DNA of 45,985 bases from a virus (Duplodnaviria > Caudoviricetes): the IMG/VR virus record IMGVR_UViG_3300017747_003894, positions 1-45,985 of that record; one strand, 5' to 3'. This document shows, one piece after another, positions 28,045 through 35,976 of this stretch. The position numbers were made by a program, and so were the translations under genes. The notes under the pieces were generated by a model. That model had not been told where the DNA came from. It saw only the letters and a program-made list of their open reading frames with translations, and did no database searches. Each line of letters begins with the position of its first letter. The first letter of the stretch is position 1.

Positions 28045-28493
28045 TGGCGCTGTCACGCATCAAGACATGGGCGGCGGAAGTCCTGACCTATGCGACCCTG
28101 AACGCCGAGTTCGACAACATCCTGACGAACGGCGGCGGATCCTTGGGCAGCCCGCGCACGGCGGACTTCGACTTCAACGGTTTCAAGGCGATCCTCGACG
28201 ACGCGCAGACGACGTGGGTGCAGGGGTCGACGCAGAACGTGATCGACTTCTACGGGGCGTCGACGCTGCTGTTCAAGATGGACATGAGCGTGACCTCGCC
28301 CGTGAACGCACTGACGTTCCTCGCGAGTGCGACCGGCAGCGACGTGAAGATCGTTGCACGTGGAACGGACGCCAACATCAACATCGACATCGTGCCGAAG
28401 GGTTCGGGCGTGCTGAAGGTCGGCGGCACGACACTGACGATCCCCTCGGCTGACAACGACCAGTTCGTACTGGGTCCTCATATTTTCGGGTGA
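28044..28493 (+). CDS. Tail protein (fibre N-terminal-like)
   Basis: W..EVLT...LNAEFDNI attachment-type N-terminus; GTDANINIDIVPKGSG motif. Confidence 0.55.
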   Translation: MALSRIKTWAAEVLTYATLNAEFDNILTNGGGSLGSPRTADFDFNGFKAILDDAQTTWVQGSTQNVIDFYGASTLLFKMDMSVTSPVNALTFLASATGSDVKIVARGTDANINIDIVPKGSGVLKVGGTTLTIPSADNDQFVLGPHIFG

Positions 28494-28496
28494 TAC

Positions 28497-28841
28497 ATGG
28501 CAACATTCTCAAAGGTAAAACTCTCCGGTTCGACGGACGGGCGCATGGTAAAAGTGGCGGCGACGGCGACGCTCGGCACCACGATCCACACGGCGCACGC
28601 GACATCCCTGGATGAGATCCATCTGTGGGCGGTGAACAGCGACACGACGGCGCGCAAGCTGACCATCGAGTTCGGTGGCGCGGCATCGCCTGACAACCTG
28701 ATCGAGATCACGATCCCGCCCGAGTCCGGGCTGATCCCGGTCGTGCCGGGGCTGATCCTCACGAACTCGCTGGTGGTGACGGCGTTTGCTGACTCGGCGA
28801 ACGTGGTGATGGTCGCTGGTTTCTGCAATCGAATTACCTAA
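28497..28841 (+). CDS. Virion structural protein
   Basis: LSGSTDGR.VKVAATAT.GTTIHTA...DEI.LWA.N; GF.NRIT C-terminus. Confidence 0.55.
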   Translation: MATFSKVKLSGSTDGRMVKVAATATLGTTIHTAHATSLDEIHLWAVNSDTTARKLTIEFGGAASPDNLIEITIPPESGLIPVVPGLILTNSLVVTAFADSANVVMVAGFCNRIT

Positions 28842-28850
28842 GAGGGCGCG

Positions 28851-29432
28851 ATGCTGACCGTCTCCGAAAGAGAACTGGAGCGCAGAAGGAAGATTTCTCA
28901 GACTTTAACTGGGAGGTCTTTGTCTGTTGAGCATCGGTCCAAACTGTCAGCCGCTAAGAAGGGAAAGACGCTTACCGAAGAATGGAAGGCGAATATTGGC
29001 CGTGCGCATCGTGGGATGAAGCGTAGCGCAGAGTCGCGTAGACGCATGTCAGAGGCTAACAAAGGGCAAGTGCAGAAGCCTGAAGCCATTGCCGCAATGA
29101 GGGCAAAACTCACTGGCAGAAAAGTTTCAGAAGCTGAAAGGCTGTTGCGGTCGGCAAGGGCAAAGAGGGGTGTAGATCATCCTCGGTGGAGGGGTGGAGT
29201 AAGTTCTGAGAACTCGCGACTCCGGCATTCAATCGAAAGCCGCATCTGGAGAGACGCTGTGTTTGCTCGGGACGACCACACATGTCAGCACTGCCACAAG
29301 CGTGGCGGTGAACTGAATGCACACCACATAAAGAGTTTCAGTGAACACCAAGAACTGCGGTTTGATGTGAGCAACGGCATTACTCTTTGTGAGCCTTGCC
29401 ATCGTGCGGTTCACCGTCGGAAGGATTTATAA
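28851..29432 (+). CDS. HNH homing endonuclease with NUMOD3-like repeats
   Basis: Repeated (S/T).E.(R/K).(K/N)(I/L/M)S...KG units; WRGG; RD..TCQHC...AHHIK...NGITLC..CH; lower GC than flanks. Confidence 0.85.
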   Translation: MLTVSERELERRRKISQTLTGRSLSVEHRSKLSAAKKGKTLTEEWKANIGRAHRGMKRSAESRRRMSEANKGQVQKPEAIAAMRAKLTGRKVSEAERLLRSARAKRGVDHPRWRGGVSSENSRLRHSIESRIWRDAVFARDDHTCQHCHKRGGELNAHHIKSFSEHQELRFDVSNGITLCEPCHRAVHRRKDL

Positions 29433-30094
29433 TGAGACAGAACTGGATGGGCTGGGGGTGGCTCTACAACCTCATGAACGGCCTGACGGCGGACACGACG
29501 CCGGATGCAACGGCTGACCACGTCATCACGCGCGACGCCAGCACGGGCCTGCCGAAGAAGGTGCTGCTGCAGCATCTCAACGTCGGCAAGCAGACAGTGT
29601 GGGTTCCGGCAGCTGCGATGACCGCGCGCACGACGAACGGTGCAGCAACAGGTACAACCGAGTCCACGACCAACAAGGTCATGAACCGAGTGCTTGATTT
29701 CGACACCACAACGCAGGAGTTCGCGCAGTTTACGGTCGCGTTTCCGAAGGGTTGGAACGAAGGCACGGTGACGTTCATTCCGTACTGGACAGCAGCATCT
29801 GGTTCAGGCGGCGTGGTCTGGGGCTTGGCTGGCGTTGCGCTGTCCAACGATGACGTGATCGACACGGCGTTTGGTACGGCAGTGACTTCGTCCGACACGC
29901 TGATTGCCACCACGGACATTCACGTTGGGCCTGAGAGCGCCGCGATCACGATCGCAGGCACGCCGGCCGCAGACGACATTTGCTACTTCCAGATCAACCG
30001 CACGGTGTCTGATGGCGGCGACACGCTTGCGGCCGACGCCCGCCTCATCGGCATCAAGCTGATCTACACGACGGACACGGGCGTGGATAACTAA
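29432..30094 (+). CDS. Tail/structural protein
   Basis: KQTVWVPAAAM, LDFD....E.AQF...FPK.W..GT, DARLIG motifs. Confidence 0.6.
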   Translation: MRQNWMGWGWLYNLMNGLTADTTPDATADHVITRDASTGLPKKVLLQHLNVGKQTVWVPAAAMTARTTNGAATGTTESTTNKVMNRVLDFDTTTQEFAQFTVAFPKGWNEGTVTFIPYWTAASGSGGVVWGLAGVALSNDDVIDTAFGTAVTSSDTLIATTDIHVGPESAAITIAGTPAADDICYFQINRTVSDGGDTLAADARLIGIKLIYTTDTGVDN

Positions 30095-30909
30095 TGTTCA
30101 TCCGGCACAACTATCTCCTGCTTCCGGTCACGTCGAAGTCCCGCATCTGGGTGCCGTCAAAGGACGCGCCGATCCACGTGGTGGACGGCTTCGTCTGGAA
30201 CCCGTTCCGCGAGCGGTTCGAAGATGTGCGCGGGGCAACGTATCAGGAGATTGTGGCGTCGCTTGGCATTACGCAGCTAACCGGCTTTGGCATTGCCAGC
30301 GTTCCGTTCGTGCCTGTCACGAACACCTACAACACCGGAACTGCCGCGACTGAGACGGCGCCTGCGGGGGCATCGTCCTCCACAGTGACAAGTGACGGCG
30401 GCGGTGGCGGCGGGTGCATGGGAACAAGCACCACGACCTGCCGTGGCGGTGGTGGTTCGGCCCGCTGCGTGTCGACCGTTGCAGTGTCCGGCGGCAACCA
30501 GATCACGTACACCGTTGGCGCGTTTGGCGTTGGAAAGACAACAACGAGCGGCAGCGGCACGGCGGGCGCGGCGACGACAACATCTGGTGGCACTGGTGGC
30601 TACTCTGGCCTTGCACACAATGCAGGCGGCGGTGGCGGCGCTACGACGGCTGCGAATGGAGCGGCCGGCACGGCATCAGGCGGCTCAACAAATACAAGCG
30701 GAAGCGCCGGCGCGCAGACTTATCTGGCCAACCCCGGCGGCGGAAACGCGGCAAGTGGCGCGGCTGGCGGCTCGAACGGTGACAACGCCGGCACGCCTGC
30801 GAACCCTGGCGCCACGCCTGGCGCCGGTGGCGGTGGCGGCACGACGGCGGGAACACCGTCTGACGGCAAGGACGGGGGTCAGGGCCGCATCTCCTTCGCC
30901 TACACATGA
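30094..30909 (+). CDS. Glycine-rich tail fibre-type protein
   Basis: GGGGG, YTVGA.G, AGGGGG and PGAGGGG repeats. Confidence 0.6.
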   Translation: MFIRHNYLLLPVTSKSRIWVPSKDAPIHVVDGFVWNPFRERFEDVRGATYQEIVASLGITQLTGFGIASVPFVPVTNTYNTGTAATETAPAGASSSTVTSDGGGGGGCMGTSTTTCRGGGGSARCVSTVAVSGGNQITYTVGAFGVGKTTTSGSGTAGAATTTSGGTGGYSGLAHNAGGGGGATTAANGAAGTASGGSTNTSGSAGAQTYLANPGGGNAASGAAGGSNGDNAGTPANPGATPGAGGGGGTTAGTPSDGKDGGQGRISFAYT

Positions 30910-31382
30910 TGAACGTCGGCTGGGCGCGCGACGAGGACGCCGACCAGATCAAGGCGCTGCTCGCGGCTGACGGGCTGCACCTCGAGGGCGGCGATTGGCG
31001 TGGCCTCGGCAAGACATGGATGTGCGTGCGGGATGGGGAGAAAATCCTCGCCTGCATCGCCTACCACCCCGGCATCCCCTTTGCCCGCCTCGACTACCTG
31101 TCGATCGACCGCGACGTGACGGGCTTATCCAAGGCGCGTGTCGTGCGGAGTATTCTTGAGGCTGCATTTGCAGTCTGCGCGTTGCAGGGGTCGAGTTTCG
31201 TGTCGGGCGTGGTTCCGTATGACCTGCCTGATTACGCGGAGTTCCTTCGCAAGCGTGGCGGGCAGCAGATCAACGAAGGATTCATTTTCGTCGCGTCCCT
31301 GTCGGATGTGCTGAAACGGCGGAACGAGGTTTATGGGCGGCTCAAAAACAACCACATCGACGACGGTCACTCGCACACCTGA
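30906..31382 (+). CDS. Putative GNAT-fold protein preceding the ejection genes
   Basis: A...DAD.I..L N-terminus, LD.LSID, FLRKRGG; syntenic with T7 gp13/P22 gp14-type genes. Confidence 0.5.
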   Translation: MMNVGWARDEDADQIKALLAADGLHLEGGDWRGLGKTWMCVRDGEKILACIAYHPGIPFARLDYLSIDRDVTGLSKARVVRSILEAAFAVCALQGSSFVSGVVPYDLPDYAEFLRKRGGQQINEGFIFVASLSDVLKRRNEVYGRLKNNHIDDGHSHT

Positions 31383-32787
31383 AGAGATAGAGTACACCAA
31401 GCAGCAGATCGAACTTGCCAAGCAGCAGCTTGCCCTGGTGCAGGAAGAGCATGGCTGGCAGTCAGAGATCTACGCGCTGACGAAGCCGCTGCTCGAGAAG
31501 TACGCCCTGATGGTCGATCAGGACTTCGCCGAGATGCAGTCGCCCGAATACCAGGCGATGAAGGCGAAGCAGCAGCAGCTGGACACCGCCAACATCGACG
31601 CGCAGTTGCGCAACCTGCCCATGCAGGAAGAACTGCTGCAGCGTCAGCTGGACGAGATTCGCCGCGGCGGGGCAGCAACCGACGAGCAGAAGCGCCTGAT
31701 CGCCGACGTGGCCGACCGGGCACTGGCCAGTGGCGAGACGGACATCAGCCGCTTCCTGGGGACCGGCATTGACCAGATCCGCAACCAGATGGCGCCGGCA
31801 CGTGGCATGCGACCGGACGACGGGCCGATGCAGGAAGCAGCCCAGCGCGTGCTGGAAGAAGCCGTCCGGCAGCAGGGCCAGTTGACACAGCAGGTCCGTG
31901 GCGCGCAATCGCAGGCCGAACTGAACTTCCCGCTGGCGGCGGGGCAGGTCACGAACCAGGCAAACCAGTGGCAGCAGGGCTTCAACCAGGACATGAACCA
32001 GTTCCTGTCCGGGCTGAAGACGCAGGCCGCACAGAACCGCACGGCCTTGATGGGCCAGTTGTTCTCGGCGCCAATGACCGCGGGCGACCGTGGCATGAAC
32101 CTGATCAGCGCGACACGCCCGAACCCGGTGAACTTCCCGCAGAACACGACGACGACGCAGAAGACGAGCGGCGGCAGCATCCTTGGCGGCATTGGCGGAC
32201 TGCTGTCGGGCATTGGCAGCGTAGGCTCCATGTTCTCGTCGCGCGAGTTCAAGAAGAACATCAAGCCGATGGAAGCGCCGGCCGGACACATGCTGTCGCC
32301 GGGTGCGCTGAAGACGAATTTCCGCGACCTTGGCAAGCCGCAGTCGCTGGGTGACCCGATGGGCGGTGGCTTCAAGCCGCCGGTCACGGGACCGCAGACG
32401 CAGCCTGGCAACACGAAGGGCACGTTCGGAGGGCCGCAGGTCCAGCCCGGCGTGGGTGGCTTGGGTGGCACGGCGATCAACCCGGTGCAGACAGTGCAGC
32501 CGCCGCGTGACGAGGAGGACGCCCTCAATCGTCTGCGGCAGATGCCAATCTCGTCGTGGCAGTACAAGCCCGAGACAGGCCTTGGTGGCCCCACGCACGT
32601 CGGACCGATGGCCGAGGACTTCAACACAATCATGATGGGCAAGCAGCCCGAGCCATTCATCAACACGGTCGACGCCGTCGGTTCGCTGATGGCGAGCGTC
32701 AAGGCGTTGGACAAGCGCGTGGCAGGGCTTGGTTTCCGTGGACAAGGCAAGAAGAGAGCAGGAGCAACAGCATGGCCAAGGGGCTAG
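31333..32787 (+). CDS. Putative ejection/internal virion protein with C-terminal peptidase S74-like chaperone domain
   Basis: MGGSKTTT start, Q-rich helices, GGIGGLLSGIG segment, SSREFKKNI...W.YK...HVGPMAEDF. Confidence 0.65.
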   Translation: MGGSKTTTSTTVTRTPEEIEYTKQQIELAKQQLALVQEEHGWQSEIYALTKPLLEKYALMVDQDFAEMQSPEYQAMKAKQQQLDTANIDAQLRNLPMQEELLQRQLDEIRRGGAATDEQKRLIADVADRALASGETDISRFLGTGIDQIRNQMAPARGMRPDDGPMQEAAQRVLEEAVRQQGQLTQQVRGAQSQAELNFPLAAGQVTNQANQWQQGFNQDMNQFLSGLKTQAAQNRTALMGQLFSAPMTAGDRGMNLISATRPNPVNFPQNTTTTQKTSGGSILGGIGGLLSGIGSVGSMFSSREFKKNIKPMEAPAGHMLSPGALKTNFRDLGKPQSLGDPMGGGFKPPVTGPQTQPGNTKGTFGGPQVQPGVGGLGGTAINPVQTVQPPRDEEDALNRLRQMPISSWQYKPETGLGGPTHVGPMAEDFNTIMMGKQPEPFINTVDAVGSLMASVKALDKRVAGLGFRGQGKKRAGATAWPRG

Positions 32788-33020
32788 GATTTTCAGACCC
32801 GCAGTACACGTCACTTCCGAACCCGGAAGGCAACCCGAACCTGCGCCGCCGTCAGGGACCGCAGCCGAACCAGAAGTATCTGGCGCGGCGCACGCCGTAC
32901 CAGTGGCAGATGCAGATGGGATCGTCCTACGGCTACGGCGAATACAACCACCGTCGTGGCAAGGCGAATAACGACAGCGGCAACACGCCGGGCGCCTACC
33001 TGAACTTCATCGAGCGATAA
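32772..33020 (+). CDS. GLGF-tagged small protein
   Basis: AGGAG RBS, then MAKGLGFSDPQY...; 82 aa. Confidence 0.6.
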   Translation: MAKGLGFSDPQYTSLPNPEGNPNLRRRQGPQPNQKYLARRTPYQWQMQMGSSYGYGEYNHRRGKANNDSGNTPGAYLNFIER

Positions 33021-33021
33021 G

Positions 33022-34575
33022 ATGGCAGGACTTGGCTTCGCAAATCCGGAACGCAAGCGGGCAGAGATGCTCGCGCGCCTGAACGGATCGACATCACCGA
33101 TCGCTTCGACGGCGCGGCCGATGCTGCCGGCGGGCCAGCCCATGCCTGGTGGCACGACACAGCAGCCGCAGGCGCCGCAGATGCCTCAGATGCAGGGTGC
33201 TGCCCCACCGGACCCGAGCCAGGTAGCGCCGCTGCCGATGCCGCAGATCCAGCCGCAGCAGCCGATGCAGCCAACGGCGCCAGCCGCTGGTCAGCCGGGC
33301 GAAGAAGAGGACGACGGCCCGGCGTGGCACGAGGTCATCGGCGCGCTGGGACACGTGATCCTGTCGGCGGACGCAGGCTATCGCGGCGCAGCGATGCCCG
33401 AGAACCCGCTGGCCGGCGATCAGGACCAGGAGATGCAGGTCCAGCAGTTCATCATGAACACGGCCGCGCGCGGGTGGGAGGCCATTCGTCAGGCGGATCC
33501 CGAGAACCGCCCGGCGATCATGAAGACCTTTGCCGACATCATCCGCAAGGTCGACCCGAACTTTGACTACGAGGCCTTTGTCGACGGCCTGATGTCCGAC
33601 CCCGAGCGCGTGGACCAGATGGCGCCGCAGATCGCGATGATGTCGGACGAGGCCAAGGAAATGTTCATGGCGCGCGTGCGGTCGCAGGGCGGTGACCCGG
33701 CGGCAGCTGCGGCCGAGGTCATCAAAGACCCGGACTTCATGAAGACGCTGACGGACTTCGACGACAGCCGCAACATGAAGGTCATGCCCTACAAGCTGGA
33801 GCGCGTGAAGGCGGCTCTCGTGTCGATGGGCATGGACCCGATGATGTTCGCGAACATGACGCCGGAAGAGTTCGCGCGCGTGAACAACGAGTTGCCCGAG
33901 AAGGCGCGGCTGACGCCTGCCGAGATTGCAACGCTGCGTCGCCAGCCGACGCTCGGCAAGATCCTTGGCCTGCGCTATGCGGACGAGGCACCGGAAGGTG
34001 GCGCGCCGTCGATGGACGATGAAGCAGGATACAGGCCACCCTCGCGCCCGCAGCGGCCGTCGGCGGTGATGCCTGACGAAGAACCGATGGACGGTGAAGG
34101 TAGTGATGCGCCTCCACCACGTGCACCCGCTTCCCCGCGTCCAAGTGCGCGTCCCGCCTCCCCTCCGGCGCCCCCGCCGGCGCGGGGTCCATCGGCCCAA
34201 CGCCCAGCGCCTGGACCGCAGGCAGCGAACCCCGGCGTGAGCCGGATGCCTGCGCCTGCGCGTCCTGCAGCGCCTGCAAAGCCACCGGCCAAGCCGCCTG
34301 CACGCACGGCCCCTGCCAAGCAACCGTACTACCCGCCTGGCTTCCAGCCGCGCACGCCGAAGCCGCGACAGGAGCCGGTGCCGGTGACGAAAGTCGAGGT
34401 CGTCGGCAAGCGTCCACCGAAGAAGGCCCAGGCCCCTGAGACGCAGCAGGAAGCCCCGCGCGAGCGTCGTGTGGTGATCCCGAAAGACACGGAGATCCCT
34501 GGCTTCGGCAAGGTCAAGAAGGGCGAAGTGCTGGTCTACGACTACAAGAGCGGCACCTACCGGAGGGCAAAGTAA
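33022..34575 (+). CDS. GLGF-tagged putative ejection protein with Pro-rich regions
   Basis: MAGLGFANP...; helical core flanked by P/Q/A-rich disordered segments. Confidence 0.65.
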   Translation: MAGLGFANPERKRAEMLARLNGSTSPIASTARPMLPAGQPMPGGTTQQPQAPQMPQMQGAAPPDPSQVAPLPMPQIQPQQPMQPTAPAAGQPGEEEDDGPAWHEVIGALGHVILSADAGYRGAAMPENPLAGDQDQEMQVQQFIMNTAARGWEAIRQADPENRPAIMKTFADIIRKVDPNFDYEAFVDGLMSDPERVDQMAPQIAMMSDEAKEMFMARVRSQGGDPAAAAAEVIKDPDFMKTLTDFDDSRNMKVMPYKLERVKAALVSMGMDPMMFANMTPEEFARVNNELPEKARLTPAEIATLRRQPTLGKILGLRYADEAPEGGAPSMDDEAGYRPPSRPQRPSAVMPDEEPMDGEGSDAPPPRAPASPRPSARPASPPAPPPARGPSAQRPAPGPQAANPGVSRMPAPARPAAPAKPPAKPPARTAPAKQPYYPPGFQPRTPKPRQEPVPVTKVEVVGKRPPKKAQAPETQQEAPRERRVVIPKDTEIPGFGKVKKGEVLVYDYKSGTYRRAK

Positions 34576-35453
34576 TGTCCGGCCTCGGGTTCTCAAGGAG
34601 GGATCCGCCACCACCAAAGCGTGGGGCTTACAATCAGGACGAGGAAGTTCGCCGCTTCCAGGAAGAGCAGCGCGCCAAGGAGCGTGAGCGCATTCGCCGT
34701 GAGCAGGAAGCGCAGCAGCAGAGGCGCCGTGGCTATCGCCCAGAGGACCCGCAGATGGGTCCGGACGGTCGCCCCATGTGGCCCTACGATCGTCCTTATG
34801 TTGGCCCGCGCGTGACGGGTGAAACCCTGCGCGTGCTGGACAACGTGCCCGGCGTCAGCCGCATCACCAGCCCGGCGATCATGGTGGCAGACGGCATTTC
34901 CGGCAAGACGCCTGCGCCTGGTGAGGGGCCATTACCGGGCGGGCCAAGGAGGCCATCGGGGTATCGCGCGCCGACACTCAAACCGCGACCACTGCCACCG
35001 CCAGGGACTCCGCCGCGCCAGCTGTCAAACATCTACGCGCAGAACTCGAAATATCATCGGGACCAATCGGATTTCTGGTCGCAACAAGAAGAAATCGCGT
35101 ATCGACGTGGAGATACCGAAGGGCGCGCCGCCGCAATCAAAGCGAGGAATTGGCACGATCAGCAGTACGTTCGCTGGCAGGAAGAACAGAAGAAGGCCGG
35201 GATGTCACCGCGTGGCCCAAGTAGAGAGCGTGGCGCAACTCCTGCGTCTGCGGCGGAAGCAGATTTTGAATCGGCGTCACGGCGTCGAATAGAACTACAG
35301 AAAAGAATTCGAGAACTAGATCAAGCGGCCAAACAGTCAAATGATCCTCGTGCGGTTCATGGTCTGAGAAACGCGATGGCTGAGTACGAAAAAGCAAACG
35401 CAGATTGGAAAGCCGCTGGCGAGCGGCTGAGACGATCAAGACAAGGAGGCTAA
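34575..35453 (+). CDS. GLGF-tagged basic protein
   Basis: MSGLGFSRRD...; TAATG coupling. Confidence 0.65.
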   Translation: MSGLGFSRRDPPPPKRGAYNQDEEVRRFQEEQRAKERERIRREQEAQQQRRRGYRPEDPQMGPDGRPMWPYDRPYVGPRVTGETLRVLDNVPGVSRITSPAIMVADGISGKTPAPGEGPLPGGPRRPSGYRAPTLKPRPLPPPGTPPRQLSNIYAQNSKYHRDQSDFWSQQEEIAYRRGDTEGRAAAIKARNWHDQQYVRWQEEQKKAGMSPRGPSRERGATPASAAEADFESASRRRIELQKRIRELDQAAKQSNDPRAVHGLRNAMAEYEKANADWKAAGERLRRSRQGG

Positions 35454-35454
35454 C

Positions 35455-35976
35455 ATGCCATTCGACAAGAAATCCAAAGGCCTCGGTCTGGCCCTCAACA
35501 AGCGCCCATCGAGCGGTGGCGCGAAGCCTATGCCGTACACGCCGGGGCAAGACGGTGGCGCGAAGACAATGCCCTACACGCCCGGCAGTGGCGTCGGTGC
35601 GAAGACAATGCCGTATCGCCCGAACAAGCCGCGCCTCGATCCGGTGCGCAAGATGTCCTACGACGCGCCGGTCATGGACAGCCTCGGCGATCCGTCACCT
35701 CCAGGTTACGCCGACACGATGGAGTACGTTCCGGAACGCGACGGCTCGGCGTATACCAACATCCCGAACTATGAAGGCGAGGGAATTGGTGCGGAGAACC
35801 TTGGCGACAACGAAGAGTGGGACGCAATGTGGGATCAGGCCCTCGCCGAGGTGCCTGAGAACGAGGCTGACATCCCCGCATTCAGGGACAAGTGGATCAA
35901 GGTCTTCGTGGAGTCAGGCATGGACCCGGAGCAGGCTGAGACATGGGTCGACCAGCTGTTCACTGATGGCCTGTAA
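35455..35976 (+). CDS. Protein with variant tag (KGLGLALNKRP) and tandem repeats
   Basis: AAGGAGG RBS; 13-aa repeats; acidic C-terminus. Confidence 0.65.
   Translation: MPFDKKSKGLGLALNKRPSSGGAKPMPYTPGQDGGAKTMPYTPGSGVGAKTMPYRPNKPRLDPVRKMSYDAPVMDSLGDPSPPGYADTMEYVPERDGSAYTNIPNYEGEGIGAENLGDNEEWDAMWDQALAEVPENEADIPAFRDKWIKVFVESGMDPEQAETWVDQLFTDGL
35514..35621 (+). repeat. ~2.8 copies of a 39-bp coding tandem repeat (GGAK[PT]MPYTPG..)
   Basis: Units start at 35514, 35553 and 35592. Confidence 0.8.

Noticed and set aside
28842-29432. Group I intron carrying the HNH gene
   Set aside because: Flanking genes have their own stop and start, and there is no non-coding room for an intron core.
23764-30909. 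Diversity-generating retroelement or invertible tail-fibre cassette
   Set aside because: No reverse transcriptase or invertase, and no duplicated ~100-bp template/variable repeat was seen.
17405-35453. GLGF as the PDZ-domain carboxylate-binding loop
   Set aside because: The motif is at extreme termini and is followed by hydrophilic, disordered sequence, with no ~90-aa PDZ beta-sandwich around it.
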